Origin: a bacterium
GTDB lineage: Bacteria; Patescibacteriota; Andersenbacteria; UBA10190
Direction: 5' to 3'
DNA length: 64,000 bases
Assembly (NCBI GenBank): GCA_030698495.1
Contig: JAUYKA010000008.1
Span: 78,895 to 142,894 of the forward strand
The notes below the pieces were generated by a model. The model had not been told where the DNA came from. It worked only from the letters and a program-made list of their open reading frames with translations, and ran no database searches. Position 1 is the stretch's first letter. Each line of letters begins with the position of its first letter. Below, piece by piece: positions 28,170 through 38,127 of the stretch. The position numbers and the translations under genes were made by a program.

Positions 28170-28979
28170 ATGTCTAAGCTATCAATTATAATCGTTAATT
28201 ATAACACCGGCGCTCTGACACATTCCTGTGTGGAGTCTTTGTTGGCAGACAAGCTACCGGCGGGGACAGAAATTATTGTGGTTGATAATGCTTCGTCGGA
28301 TGAGAGTGTATCGTTTTTACGTTCGGATTTTCCGGAAATAAGAGTAATTGTAAATCATAAAAATAAGGGTTTGGCTTACGGGGTGAATCGCGGTATCGCG
28401 GCGGCCAACGGTAAATATTATTTGTTTTTGAATCCGGACATTATCGCTCTGCCAGGCGGAGTGGGGACGTTAGTCGATTTTATGGATAGGAATCAAAAAG
28501 TTGGCGTGGCGGGAGGAAAACTATTGTCGCCAAACGGCAAGCTGCAGTACTCGACTTTCCGTTTTTACACGCCGCGGACAATATTGTCGCGGCGCACCTG
28601 GCTGGGACAGACAAAGCGGGGACAAGAGATTGAGGATACCTTCCTGATGAAAGATTTTGATCACGAGAGCGTGCGCGATGTGCAGTGGTTGATGGGGTCT
28701 TGTTTGATGGTGAGAGCCGAAGCGGTACGCGCGGTCGGCGGCATGGATGAGCGCTTCTTTTTGTATTTCGAGGATGTGGATTGGTGCCGGCGTTTTTGGG
28801 AGACAGGCTGGCGGGTAACTTACGTGCCGCAGGCTAACTTTTCTCATTTCCATCAGCAGAGTAGTCGGCAAAATTCCTTGTTTGGCATTATTATTAATTG
28901 GTCGACCAGGGAGCATATCTGGTCGGCAATTAAATATTTTTGGAAATACCGGGGAAAAGAGATACCGGGCGTTGATTAG
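28170..28979 (+). CDS. GT2 glycosyltransferase (WbbL-like)
   Basis: 'IIIVNYNT', 'VVDNASSD', 'FLNPD', 'MDERFFLYFEDVDWCRR'. Confidence 0.92.
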   Translation: MSKLSIIIVNYNTGALTHSCVESLLADKLPAGTEIIVVDNASSDESVSFLRSDFPEIRVIVNHKNKGLAYGVNRGIAAANGKYYLFLNPDIIALPGGVGTLVDFMDRNQKVGVAGGKLLSPNGKLQYSTFRFYTPRTILSRRTWLGQTKRGQEIEDTFLMKDFDHESVRDVQWLMGSCLMVRAEAVRAVGGMDERFFLYFEDVDWCRRFWETGWRVTYVPQANFSHFHQQSSRQNSLFGIIINWSTREHIWSAIKYFWKYRGKEIPGVD

Positions 28980-29030
28980 ATAAGATTGGCATTGTGAAAA
29001 GTAAAATTTGGTTAGAGATGTGATGTTTTG

Positions 29031-29095
29031 CTCAAATTCCAAAATCCAAATAACAAATTTCAAATAAAAACCCAAATGTCCAATTACAAATTTAT
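29031..29095. repeat. Single arm of 7-nt periodic repeat
   Basis: ctcaaat-tccaaaa-tccaaat-aacaaat-ttcaaat ... with no matching inverted arm. Confidence 0.65.
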
Positions 29096-29145
29096 ATAAA
29101 TTATAGAATATATAAGGTGGTTTTAAATGAGTTATAATATCGGAC

Positions 29146-29844
29146 ATGGTGAATAGTGCATTACCAACGATAAGGATTGAAAACTTCGAAGGCCCTTTTG
29201 ATTTATTATTGGAGCTGGCGCGTGTTAAAAAAATAGATTTGGCGCGGGTGTCGCTGATGAACGTAACAAATGATTTTTTGGCATATATAGACAGTAATCG
29301 CATCAGTCCGGCACTGCAGGCGGATTGGTTGGTGGTGGCGGCAACGTTATTGTTATTAAAATTGAAACAAGTTCTGCCCGATTTAACTGAAGAGGAGGAA
29401 GAAGAAATTGCCGAGCTGTCCGACAGGTTAAAAATTTATCAACTGTATAGAACCCAGGCTGAATGGCAGAGGGAACGCTGGAATAAGCATTGTTTGTTGC
29501 CAGGGCCGGAAAAATTAAAATGGCTGCAGAACATGGAGTGGCCGGATATGAGTGCGAACCAACTACAGCAAATTTATATGGCTTTGGTCGCTCGGATAAA
29601 GTTGCCGCCCGAACCGGTAAGACATTTGCGCCGACGGGGACGGACACTGAATGAATGCCTGCGCCTGCTGGGAGAAAGACTGAAGCGATTAGGTAAATTT
29701 ACTTTTACGGAAGTGGTTGACCGACAGGGTCGCGACACGGCGGCAGTATCCTTATTGGCCATACTAGAGATGGCCAGAACCGAGCAGATTGACTTGAGTC
29801 AGGACGATTTGTTTGGTGAAATTATTATTGAAGCCAGGGGATGA
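29146..29844 (+). CDS. scpA: Segregation and condensation protein A
   Basis: 'FEGPFDLLLEL', 'LLAILEMAR', 'QDDLFGEI'; precedes scpB. Confidence 0.93.
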   Translation: MVNSALPTIRIENFEGPFDLLLELARVKKIDLARVSLMNVTNDFLAYIDSNRISPALQADWLVVAATLLLLKLKQVLPDLTEEEEEEIAELSDRLKIYQLYRTQAEWQRERWNKHCLLPGPEKLKWLQNMEWPDMSANQLQQIYMALVARIKLPPEPVRHLRRRGRTLNECLRLLGERLKRLGKFTFTEVVDRQGRDTAAVSLLAILEMARTEQIDLSQDDLFGEIIIEARG

Positions 29845-30368
29845 GAGAAGAAGCGCAAAAAATTGAGGCGTTGCTTTTTTTGGCGGGGGAGGCGGTAGCC
29901 AAAAGCGAATTAGCGCGGCTGATAAGCTGTCCCACAGATGAGGTTAATAAATTCTTGACGGAAATTCAAGAAGAGCTCATAAAGACGGGGCTGGCTTTGA
30001 CGTTAACCGATACACATGCGCAGTTGACTACCAACCCCGCGGTGTCTGATTGGTTAAATCAGTATTTACACGATGAAGCGCAGGATATATCGGGGGCGGC
30101 GGCGGAAACACTGGCGATTATCGCTTACCGCGGTCCGATTACGCGCGTGGATATTGACGCCATAAGAGGCGTGGACAACCGCCGCATGATTAGGCAGCTT
30201 CTGGCGCGCGGATTAGTGAGACGATCGGGCTTGGCTGGGCAGGCGCCGAAATATGTGATAACGGAAGAATTCTTGCAGAGGCTGGGCGTAACCGCCACTA
30301 ATCAACTGCCGGATTACGATCGCCTGTCCAGCGAGGAGAAAATTGAAAAATTTTTAACTAAGGAATAA
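29841..30368 (+). CDS. scpB: Segregation and condensation protein B
   Basis: 'IEALLF', 'AAAETLAIIAYRGPITR..IDAIRGV', 'TEEFL'. Confidence 0.95.
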   Translation: MREEAQKIEALLFLAGEAVAKSELARLISCPTDEVNKFLTEIQEELIKTGLALTLTDTHAQLTTNPAVSDWLNQYLHDEAQDISGAAAETLAIIAYRGPITRVDIDAIRGVDNRRMIRQLLARGLVRRSGLAGQAPKYVITEEFLQRLGVTATNQLPDYDRLSSEEKIEKFLTKE

Positions 30369-30370
30369 AA

Positions 30371-31270
30371 GTGATGGGTATTTTTGAAGCGGCGTGGCTG
30401 GGTCTGGCGTGCTTGATGGTACAGGCGCCAGTAGCGGCGTGTCTGTCAGTAGACGCTCCGGCGGGACCAGCGACGGAGCAAATTAAAACCGGGGGACCGG
30501 AATTCACGGGCGAGGCGGTAGATGTGGTGTTGTCCGCGCAAGCGGCGTTGGTTTGGGATCTGACTTCCGGTGATATTTTATATCAAAAGAACGCTAATAC
30601 GCGTCGGCCGATTGCCAGTTTAAGTAAATTACTTTCGGCGCTTACTATTAGACGCAGTTTGTCTTTGGACGATGAAGTTGAAATAAGTCGGTCGGTTTTG
30701 GTGGCGCAGAGAATGGGGGCTAATATATCAGTGCCGGTGGGTGAGCACGTCAGGGTAGATGATTTGCTAGCCGCGAGTATGATTGCGTCAGCCAATGATA
30801 CTATAGTAGCCTTGGCGGACGCGGTTGCCGGTTCGGAAGACGATTTTGTCCAACAGGCCAACGTGTTGGCACCGCAGTTGGGGGCCAATAATACCAGGCT
30901 GGCGAATGCGACGGGTTTGACTGGCGGAGAACAATATTCAACCGCATTTGATGTGAGACGTCTTTTAACGTTGGCTTATAATGATCCTGTGTTGGGAGGA
31001 TATTTGGCTCGCGCCGGGGGGACACTAACAACAAGAGAAGGAACTCATCGGTCGTATGAATCGACCAATAAATTACTAAAGACGTATGTGCCTATTTTAG
31101 CGGCTAAAACCGGTTATACAGTTGAAGCGGGAGAAAACTTGGCCATTATTACTCAAGGAGGTTCCGACCAAAAAATAGGGGCGGTGATACTGGGAAGTGA
31201 GGATAGATTTCAAGACATGAAAGTCCTGGTAGAATGGATTTGGCGGAATTATTCTTGGGAGAAGTTATAG
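30371..31270 (+). CDS. D-alanyl-D-alanine carboxypeptidase (peptidase S11)
   Basis: SxxK 'ASLSK', SxN 'SAND', KTG 'KTGYT'. Confidence 0.93.
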   Translation: MMGIFEAAWLGLACLMVQAPVAACLSVDAPAGPATEQIKTGGPEFTGEAVDVVLSAQAALVWDLTSGDILYQKNANTRRPIASLSKLLSALTIRRSLSLDDEVEISRSVLVAQRMGANISVPVGEHVRVDDLLAASMIASANDTIVALADAVAGSEDDFVQQANVLAPQLGANNTRLANATGLTGGEQYSTAFDVRRLLTLAYNDPVLGGYLARAGGTLTTREGTHRSYESTNKLLKTYVPILAAKTGYTVEAGENLAIITQGGSDQKIGAVILGSEDRFQDMKVLVEWIWRNYSWEKL

Positions 31271-31272
31271 CT

Positions 31273-31390
31273 TAATGACAAAGTTCAAATGTCAAATGAC
31301 AAATTAAATCCAAAAATTTAAACGTCAAAAGATTCGTTTTTTGATATTTGTAATTTGACATTTGGATTTTGAAATTATTTGTATTTAGCT
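31273..31390. repeat. 7-nt periodic imperfect inverted repeat (AAT family)
   Basis: aatgaca-aagttca-aatgtca-aatgaca ... tttgata-tttgtaa-tttgaca-tttggat. Confidence 0.8.
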
Positions 31391-31451
31391 TATGGATGGC
31401 TTGAATGGCATAGTAGGAGCTGGAGTATAATTATTCGGGTATTATATAATT

Positions 31452-32534
31452 ATGTTTCAAATTAGTTTTGCGGAACCGGAGCTGGTGATTAACGTAACGC
31501 GCGTGGTAGTTATAGCCACCTTGACTTTTATTGCCGCTTTCGCGTTAACCCCCCTGTTGACACATTTCTTATATAAATACCGGTTTGGTAAAAGTATCAG
31601 GCAATCCGCGGCCACGCCCATTTATTCAAAAATGCACGCGGCGAAGGCTGGCACGCCCGTTGGCGGCGGCATAATTATTTGGGGAACGGTACTGCTATTG
31701 GCTTTGCTATTCTGGCTACTGGATGCGCTGGGGATGCCCCACGCGGGCGCTCTTAATTTTTTAACAAGGCCGCAAACTCTGTTACCGATGGGGGCGTTGG
31801 TAGCATCGGCTTTAGTGGGGCTTATTGATGACTACTTAAACGTAAGGAAGATCGGTCGTGTCGCGGGCGGCGGTTTAAATATGAGTCAGCGATTATTGCT
31901 GTATACCATTGTGGCGTCGTTTGGAGCTTATTGGTTTTTCTTCAAACTTGATTGGAGCTTAATTCACGTGCCAGCGGTGGGCGATTTTGAAATCGGCTGG
32001 TGGTATGTGCCTTTGTTTATGCTGGTGATAGTGGCAACGGCTTTTTCCGTTAATGAATCTGATGGATTGGACGGGCTGGCCGGTGGTATATTAATGTTTT
32101 CTTTCGGAGCGTATACCGCGTTGGCATTTGCGATTGGGCGGATTGAACTGGCTATGTTCTGTGCGGCGATAGTGGGAGCTTTGCTGGCTTTTTTGTGGTT
32201 TAATGTGTATCCGGCTCGATTTTTTATGGGCGACACGGGAGCGATGAGTTTGGGAACCACGCTGGGAATAATAGCGATGCTGACCAACTCGGCGCTGGTT
32301 CTGCCGATTATAGCTTTTCCCCTGGTGTTGGAATCGGTTTCGGTAATTATTCAAGTGACGGCGAGAAAAGTATTTAAACGGAAGGTATTTTTATCGGCGC
32401 CGATTCATCATCATTTTGAAGCCAAGGGTTGGCCGGAAACCAAGGTAACTATGCGTTTTTGGATTGTAGCGGCAGTATCGGCCGGAGTTGGCCTGGTAAT
32501 CGCGCTTTTGGGGCAAGGGGTGGTAGGGAAATAG
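31452..32534 (+). CDS. mraY: Phospho-N-acetylmuramoyl-pentapeptide transferase
   Basis: 'KAGTPVGGG', 'GLIDDY', 'VNESDGLDGLA', 'FMGDTG', 'APIHHHFE'. Confidence 0.97.
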   Translation: MFQISFAEPELVINVTRVVVIATLTFIAAFALTPLLTHFLYKYRFGKSIRQSAATPIYSKMHAAKAGTPVGGGIIIWGTVLLLALLFWLLDALGMPHAGALNFLTRPQTLLPMGALVASALVGLIDDYLNVRKIGRVAGGGLNMSQRLLLYTIVASFGAYWFFFKLDWSLIHVPAVGDFEIGWWYVPLFMLVIVATAFSVNESDGLDGLAGGILMFSFGAYTALAFAIGRIELAMFCAAIVGALLAFLWFNVYPARFFMGDTGAMSLGTTLGIIAMLTNSALVLPIIAFPLVLESVSVIIQVTARKVFKRKVFLSAPIHHHFEAKGWPETKVTMRFWIVAAVSAGVGLVIALLGQGVVGK

Positions 32535-32629
32535 ATGGTTTCGCAAGTTGAATCGATAAGTCAATCCGTTTTGACTTTTTGATATATTAAAACCTGGGAA
32601 AAGCTATATAAATGCACCACAATGGAACA

Positions 32630-34024
32630 ATGGAGCTGAAAAATAAGAGAATAACCGTGATGGGTATAGGCAGCCATGGCGGGGGCGTAGGAAATATCAA
32701 GTGGTTGCACCAGCAAGGAGCGATTTTGACTGTAACAGATTTACGTTTAGAGGGAGAGCTGCGAGAGTCACTGGAAGAAATCGGCCTGTTGCCTGATATC
32801 AACTGGGTTTTAGGAGAGCATCGGGAAGATGACTTTACGAACGCGGATATGGTTTTGCGAAACCCGGCTGTGCCGAAGAATTCTCCGTATCTTGAGATCG
32901 CGCGCAAGTCTCATGTGCCGGTAGAGATGGACAGTAGTTTGTTTTTGAAGTTGTCACCGACCGATAATATATTCGGTGTGACCGGCTCTAAGGGTAAATC
33001 AACAACTGTTCATGTTCTGGCTAGTCTAATGAGCTTAAAGTATGCCAAGGTGGCGGCGATAGGTATTGAGGGTTCGTCGCCTTTGGCGGCGCTAACGGGA
33101 TTAACAGCGCGAGATCTAGTAGTGTTTGAATTGTCGAGTTGGAGACTGGAAGGATTAGCCGAGTGGGAATTGAGCCCGGCAACGGCGATTGTAACGTCGC
33201 TATATCGGGATCACTTAAACACATACGACTCTTTTGACGAGTACGTTGAGACAAAAAAAGCTATTGTACGCCACCAGACAATAGACGATTTGGCAATGTT
33301 GAATTTTGATGATGGCCTGATCCGACGTTGGCCGGCAGATATTCCCAGCCGAATAGCCTGGTACAGCTTGGGGATGAATATCCCTGGCGATGGCATCGGG
33401 ATTCATCGCGGGATGGTAACTATTTTTCAAAATCGAGGTAATATTCCTTTGTTTCCAGTTGAAGCGATACCTTTTTCTAGTGATCATGAGATTCGTAATG
33501 CCTTGCCGGCAATTTATTTCTCTTTTTGCAGCGGGGTCAGAGTCAGTTCGATCCGACTACGGCTAGAAAACATTAAAACTTTGGCCCACCGCATGGAAAC
33601 AGTTAGGGTTATTAATAATGTTACTTATATTAACGATTCAGCGGCGACTATTCCGGACGCGACTATAGCCGCTATAAAGTCGTTGAGTGAGCGTCATCTT
33701 GTTTTGATTTTAGGAGGAAGCGACAAGCGGTTGAATTTTGATAATTTATGCGAGGTAATAAGGGAAGCCAGAATTAGAGGACTAGTTTTTTTACCCGGCA
33801 GTGCGACGGATAGGATGTTAAAGGAAGTTGCGTCGGCTTGGCGCCATCCGCCGGAAATTCACGAGGCTGGCAGTATGGCAGAGGCGGTGAAGACAGCCGT
33901 TAAAATAGTCAAGTCGGATGACGTAGTGTTGATGTCGCCGGCGGCGGCCAGTTTTGGTTTGTTTAAGAATGAATTTGACCGCGGACGGCAGTTTAAAGAA
34001 GCGGTGATGGAATTGTTGGCATAG
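32630..34024 (+). CDS. murD: UDP-MurNAc-L-Ala:D-Glu ligase
   Basis: 'GVTGSKGKSTT', 'ELSSWRL', 'DHLN', 'HRME', 'INDSAAT', 'GGSDK', 'SPAAASFGLFKNEFDRG'. Confidence 0.95.
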   Translation: MELKNKRITVMGIGSHGGGVGNIKWLHQQGAILTVTDLRLEGELRESLEEIGLLPDINWVLGEHREDDFTNADMVLRNPAVPKNSPYLEIARKSHVPVEMDSSLFLKLSPTDNIFGVTGSKGKSTTVHVLASLMSLKYAKVAAIGIEGSSPLAALTGLTARDLVVFELSSWRLEGLAEWELSPATAIVTSLYRDHLNTYDSFDEYVETKKAIVRHQTIDDLAMLNFDDGLIRRWPADIPSRIAWYSLGMNIPGDGIGIHRGMVTIFQNRGNIPLFPVEAIPFSSDHEIRNALPAIYFSFCSGVRVSSIRLRLENIKTLAHRMETVRVINNVTYINDSAATIPDATIAAIKSLSERHLVLILGGSDKRLNFDNLCEVIREARIRGLVFLPGSATDRMLKEVASAWRHPPEIHEAGSMAEAVKTAVKIVKSDDVVLMSPAAASFGLFKNEFDRGRQFKEAVMELLA

Positions 34025-34087
34025 ATTGAGCTGTGGTTGTAAAGAATATTAACTCTTGATGATTTTTTTGTGTTTATATGAATAGAA

Positions 34088-34212
34088 TAATTTTCAATTA
34101 TTAATTTCCAATTTTCAAACCTTTACGCCACCTGCTAAGAGTTACGCTGTTGTACGTAACATTTGGAAATTGGGTAATTGGGATTTAAATGGAAATTGGA
34201 AATTGATTAATT
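34088..34212. repeat. 7-nt periodic imperfect inverted repeat (AAT family)
   Basis: aattttc-aattatt-aatttcc-aattttc ... ggaaatt-gggtaatt ... ggaaatt-ggaaatt-gattaatt. Confidence 0.8.
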
Positions 34213-34229
34213 TGGTATAGAATGTCTTT

Positions 34230-35342
34230 ATGTCTCAAGACGCACCGCCACGCCGAGGAGTTGATCCAATTCTACTTTTATGTATTGTCGGGCTGACTTT
34301 ATTCGGCTTGATGATGGTGATGTCGGCGTCGTCAGTGCTGGGAGAAAAACTGTATGGGGATGCTTATTATTATTTTAAGCATCAGATAACATTCGGCGGG
34401 CTATTCGGTTTGGTGGCTTTTTTAATCGGTATCTTTGTGCCTTATCAACAGTGGCGCTGGGTGGCCTTGCCTGGTATGCTGGTGGCGCTGGCGTTGTTGG
34501 TGCTGGTCTTTTTCCCAGCGTTTAGCGTTTCTTCCGGCGGAGCATCGCGCTGGATTGCTCTTGGTCCCATTACCGTTCAGCCAACGGAAATTACCAAATT
34601 AGCTTTTATTTTATATCTGGCGGCATTACTGGAAACTAAAGGAGCCGATCTGCATAATTGGCGCAAAGGGATAGTGCCGTTTTTGGTAATAATGACGGTG
34701 GTAGCAATATTAATAGTTCTGCAGCCTGATATTGGTACCTTGTTCAGTATTATTATCGTGGCCGGAGCGATGATTTTCGCAGCTGGTATAAAGATGAGTC
34801 ATTTAATAGCATTGTTCGGATTGGGCGTGACGGTTTTTTTGGTATTGGTTAATACCGCCAGCTATCGTTTAAACAGAATCATCGTCTATTTGCATCCGGA
34901 GCTGGATCCCCAAGGGGTGGGGTATCAAATTAATCAGGCACTGATGGCTGTCAGTACCGGCGGGTGGTGGGGGCTGGGACTGGGGCGCAGTCGGCAGAAA
35001 TATCAATATTTGCCGGAGCCGGCCGGTGATTCAATATTTGCCGTTGCGGCGGAAGAGCTGGGACTGGTTAGAACGTCTTTGTTGTTGTTGGTGTTCGCTA
35101 TTATCGGCTATCGTGGTTTTTCGGCTGCGAGACGGGCGCCTGATATGTTCGGCAGACTGGTGGCAATTGGTATTACAACATGGATTATCAGTCAGGCTTT
35201 TATTAATATCGGATCAATTATGGCGGTAACGCCGTTGACGGGCATCCCTTTGCCATTTATCAGCTACGGCGGATCGGCGTTGGTAATGCTGCTGCTGGCA
35301 GCGGGGATATTGCTTAATATATCGCGATACGCGCAGGAATAA
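34230..35342 (+). CDS. ftsW: SEDS family peptidoglycan polymerase FtsW
   Basis: 'SRWI', 'QPTEITK', 'LQPDIG', 'YLPEPAGDSIFAVAAEELG', 'TGIPLPFISYGGS'; between murD and murG. Confidence 0.95.
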   Translation: MSQDAPPRRGVDPILLLCIVGLTLFGLMMVMSASSVLGEKLYGDAYYYFKHQITFGGLFGLVAFLIGIFVPYQQWRWVALPGMLVALALLVLVFFPAFSVSSGGASRWIALGPITVQPTEITKLAFILYLAALLETKGADLHNWRKGIVPFLVIMTVVAILIVLQPDIGTLFSIIIVAGAMIFAAGIKMSHLIALFGLGVTVFLVLVNTASYRLNRIIVYLHPELDPQGVGYQINQALMAVSTGGWWGLGLGRSRQKYQYLPEPAGDSIFAVAAEELGLVRTSLLLLVFAIIGYRGFSAARRAPDMFGRLVAIGITTWIISQAFINIGSIMAVTPLTGIPLPFISYGGSALVMLLLAAGILLNISRYAQE

Positions 35343-35356
35343 GGTAATATTCAAAC

Positions 35357-36529
35357 ATGAGAATAGTGCTTACAGGCGGGGGGACGGGCGGTCATATTAT
35401 TCCTTTTGAGCCGATTATTGAGGCGCTGCGGACGGAATTTTTGGAGCAGAGAAAAACGTGGCCAAAACACTTGGAGCCGCAAGTGTTATCGTTGACTTTT
35501 TTGGGGGTGGCAGATGCAGAAATAAGAGAGTTTTTTGCCAGTTATGACGTGCCGGTGAAAAATATTCCATCAGGAAAACTACGCCGGTATGCTTCGGTGT
35601 TGACGCTGTTTGACATTCTGGCGCGCTTGCCCGCAGGAATAGTTATGGCATTGTTGGCGGTCTGGCACATTATGCCGGATGCGGTTATAAGCAAGGGCGG
35701 TTTTGGCAGTGTGCCGGTTGTGCTGGCAGCTTGGTTTTTCCGTATTCCAATTCTACTGCACGAATCGGATAGCGTGCCGGGTTTGGCAAATCGGTTTTTA
35801 GCCAGTATATGCACCGTGGTGGCGGTGGGGTTCGAAGAGACAAAAAAATCGATGCCTCGCTTTAAAAATAAAATATTAGTAACAGGAACACCGGTGCGGG
35901 CAAGTTTTGGTTTGACTAATAAAGAGGCGGCGAAGCGTTCTTTTGGGCTGGCCGCGAATGAGCTGGTGGTTTTGGTGATGGGGGGAAGCCAGGGGGCACA
36001 ACAAATTAACGAGGTGCTACTGAAAGAGCTGCCGAAACTGGTTACGGAAGCGGGAATTATTCATGTTACCGGAGCCGATAACTTTGATACGGTAACGGCG
36101 GTGGCGCGTGATTTGTTGGCGGCTTCAAGCGGCGCGGCTAATTACAAAGCGTATCCTTATTTACGGGAAAAAATAAGTGAGGCCTTTGCGGCGTCGGATG
36201 TGATTGTAAGCAGGGCGGGAGCGACAACTATGGCAGAAATTGCGCGGGTACGAGCGCCAAGTCTACTGATTCCTTTGGCCTCGGCGGCAGGAAATCATCA
36301 ACGGAAAAACGCGCAGATATTCGAGCGGGCAGGAGCGGCGAGGGTGCTAGAGGCATCTAACTTAACGGCTAATTTGTTTGCTCACAGTTTGCGAGAGTTA
36401 ATGTATGATAAGCAGGTAAGACAAGTATTGATTACTAATTTGGCGGCATTTGACCGCCCGGATGCGGCGATGATGATAGGGAACACGATATTTAAGATGG
36501 CGAGTGGTTATGCGATTGATCAAAGGTGA
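35357..36529 (+). CDS. murG: Lipid II GlcNAc transferase
   Basis: 'GGGTGGHI', 'KGGFGSVP', 'HESDSVPGLAN', 'GGSQGA', 'SRAGA', 'HQRKNA'. Confidence 0.96.
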   Translation: MRIVLTGGGTGGHIIPFEPIIEALRTEFLEQRKTWPKHLEPQVLSLTFLGVADAEIREFFASYDVPVKNIPSGKLRRYASVLTLFDILARLPAGIVMALLAVWHIMPDAVISKGGFGSVPVVLAAWFFRIPILLHESDSVPGLANRFLASICTVVAVGFEETKKSMPRFKNKILVTGTPVRASFGLTNKEAAKRSFGLAANELVVLVMGGSQGAQQINEVLLKELPKLVTEAGIIHVTGADNFDTVTAVARDLLAASSGAANYKAYPYLREKISEAFAASDVIVSRAGATTMAEIARVRAPSLLIPLASAAGNHQRKNAQIFERAGAARVLEASNLTANLFAHSLRELMYDKQVRQVLITNLAAFDRPDAAMMIGNTIFKMASGYAIDQR

Positions 36530-36577
36530 ATCGCATAATTATTCAGTCATTTTTTTAAATTTACTGGGCTTGGTTCC

Positions 36578-37888
36578 ATGAATGATAATGAGGAAATAAT
36601 CGACTGGCTGAAAAATTCGAAAACGGTGGTGATGCTGGGTATTGGCGGCGTGGGTATGAGGGCGCTGGCGGCGTGGCTTAAGGCGAATGGCAAGACGGTT
36701 ATCGGCGCTGATGTTGATTGGAACTTTATTAAAGACGATCAGCGGGTGGAAGCGTATAAGTTGTGGCCGGAGGACGAAATAGCAAGGCACTGGCAGAAAG
36801 CGGAACTGGTGATTTGTTCAGATGCCATACCGCAACAACATCCACTGCGAGCGGTAGCAGTCAAAGAAGAAAAGACGGTGCTGTCTTACGCGCAGGCGCT
36901 GGGAGCGATTAGTCGGCAATATTTCACGATTGCCATAGCGGGAACGCATGGCAAGTCATCAACAACGGCGCTGTTAGCGAATATTTTTATTGATGCCGGA
37001 TTAGACCCAACCGTAATAGTCGGAGCGAGCGTGCCGGGTTGGCCGCAAGGAAATGCCCGAATAGGTCAGGGGAAATATCTGATTGCGGAAGCAGATGAGT
37101 ATATGAATCATTTTTTGGAGCTGGCGCCAAGAATGATAGTGCTGACATCGATTGATTTTGATCATCCGGACTGGTTTAATTCGGTAGATGATGTGGCGGA
37201 CAGTATGAGAAAATTTACTGGCCTATTGCCAGGGGGCGGCAAGTTGATTATTGGCGGTGACGTATGGGATAAGTATGGTGATAAGCTGGGAAAGAGAGAG
37301 TTGGCGACGGTAGTTTCTTGGCCACAGGCACATCTTGATTTGCAATTAACAGGTGAGCACATGCAGCGTAATGCTTGGCTGGCGATTACCGCAGCGAAGG
37401 AATTCACCGTAGCGGAAGATAAGGCGCGGCGAGCGGTGGAAAAGTTTGCCGGATTGGGCCGGCGACTGGAAACTATCGGGTACTGGCAAGGAATGGAAAT
37501 AATAAGTGATTACGGACACCATCCGCGGGAGCTGGAGGCAACTTGGCAAGGATTTAACGAAGCTCATAGCTATAAAAAAGTCTTGGTTGTTTTCGAACCG
37601 CATACGGCTGAAAGACTGACATCTTTTTTTAATGATTTTGTGCGTGTGCTGGCCGATATGTCCGCCGGAGTTTTGATTACACCGGTTTATCAGGCAAGAG
37701 AAACAAGCGGGCAAGGCAAAACCAGCCGAGATTTATATGAGAAGTTGCGAGGGGTAAAAAAAGATGTGCGGCTGTTGAAAGACTGGGAGAAGCTGCCGGA
37801 TACACTAAAGCAGTTGGCTGGTGATTACGATATATTATTGGCTTTCACGGCAGGCAAACTGGATCAGAAATTGAGAAAGTTGAAATAG
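36578..37888 (+). CDS. murC: UDP-MurNAc:L-Ala ligase
   Basis: 'GIGGVGM', 'AGTHGKSSTT', 'EADEY', 'DFDHPD', 'DYGHHP'. Confidence 0.95.
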   Translation: MNDNEEIIDWLKNSKTVVMLGIGGVGMRALAAWLKANGKTVIGADVDWNFIKDDQRVEAYKLWPEDEIARHWQKAELVICSDAIPQQHPLRAVAVKEEKTVLSYAQALGAISRQYFTIAIAGTHGKSSTTALLANIFIDAGLDPTVIVGASVPGWPQGNARIGQGKYLIAEADEYMNHFLELAPRMIVLTSIDFDHPDWFNSVDDVADSMRKFTGLLPGGGKLIIGGDVWDKYGDKLGKRELATVVSWPQAHLDLQLTGEHMQRNAWLAITAAKEFTVAEDKARRAVEKFAGLGRRLETIGYWQGMEIISDYGHHPRELEATWQGFNEAHSYKKVLVVFEPHTAERLTSFFNDFVRVLADMSAGVLITPVYQARETSGQGKTSRDLYEKLRGVKKDVRLLKDWEKLPDTLKQLAGDYDILLAFTAGKLDQKLRKLK

Positions 37889-38031
37889 GGTGATTATCTG
37901 GTTGTTTTCTGCCACCCGAAAACGCCGTAGGCTGGTTTCATTTTGTCTGATTTTATTAACATTTTTTACTACTGAACCCTGGACAGATTCGGTGTAAGGG
38001 AATAAATTGGTTTGTTGGCAAGTCATCATAG

Positions 38032-38060
38032 TTGACTTTTAGTCAATGATTTGTTATACT
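38032..38060 (+). promoter_or_regulatory. Sigma70 promoter with palindrome over the -35 box
   Basis: TTGACT, 17 nt, (TGt)TATACT; TTGACT-ttt-AGTCAA inverted repeat 38032-38046. Confidence 0.7.
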
Positions 38061-38127
38061 ATTAAAAGCCTTTACAAATAGCCTACTTATGTTATACATG
38101 TAGGTTACTAATAAACACCACCGTAAT

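Noticed and set aside
28521-29303. 260-aa antisense ORF and other shadow ORFs in the track
   Set aside because: They overlap well-supported genes on the other strand or frame and show no motifs.
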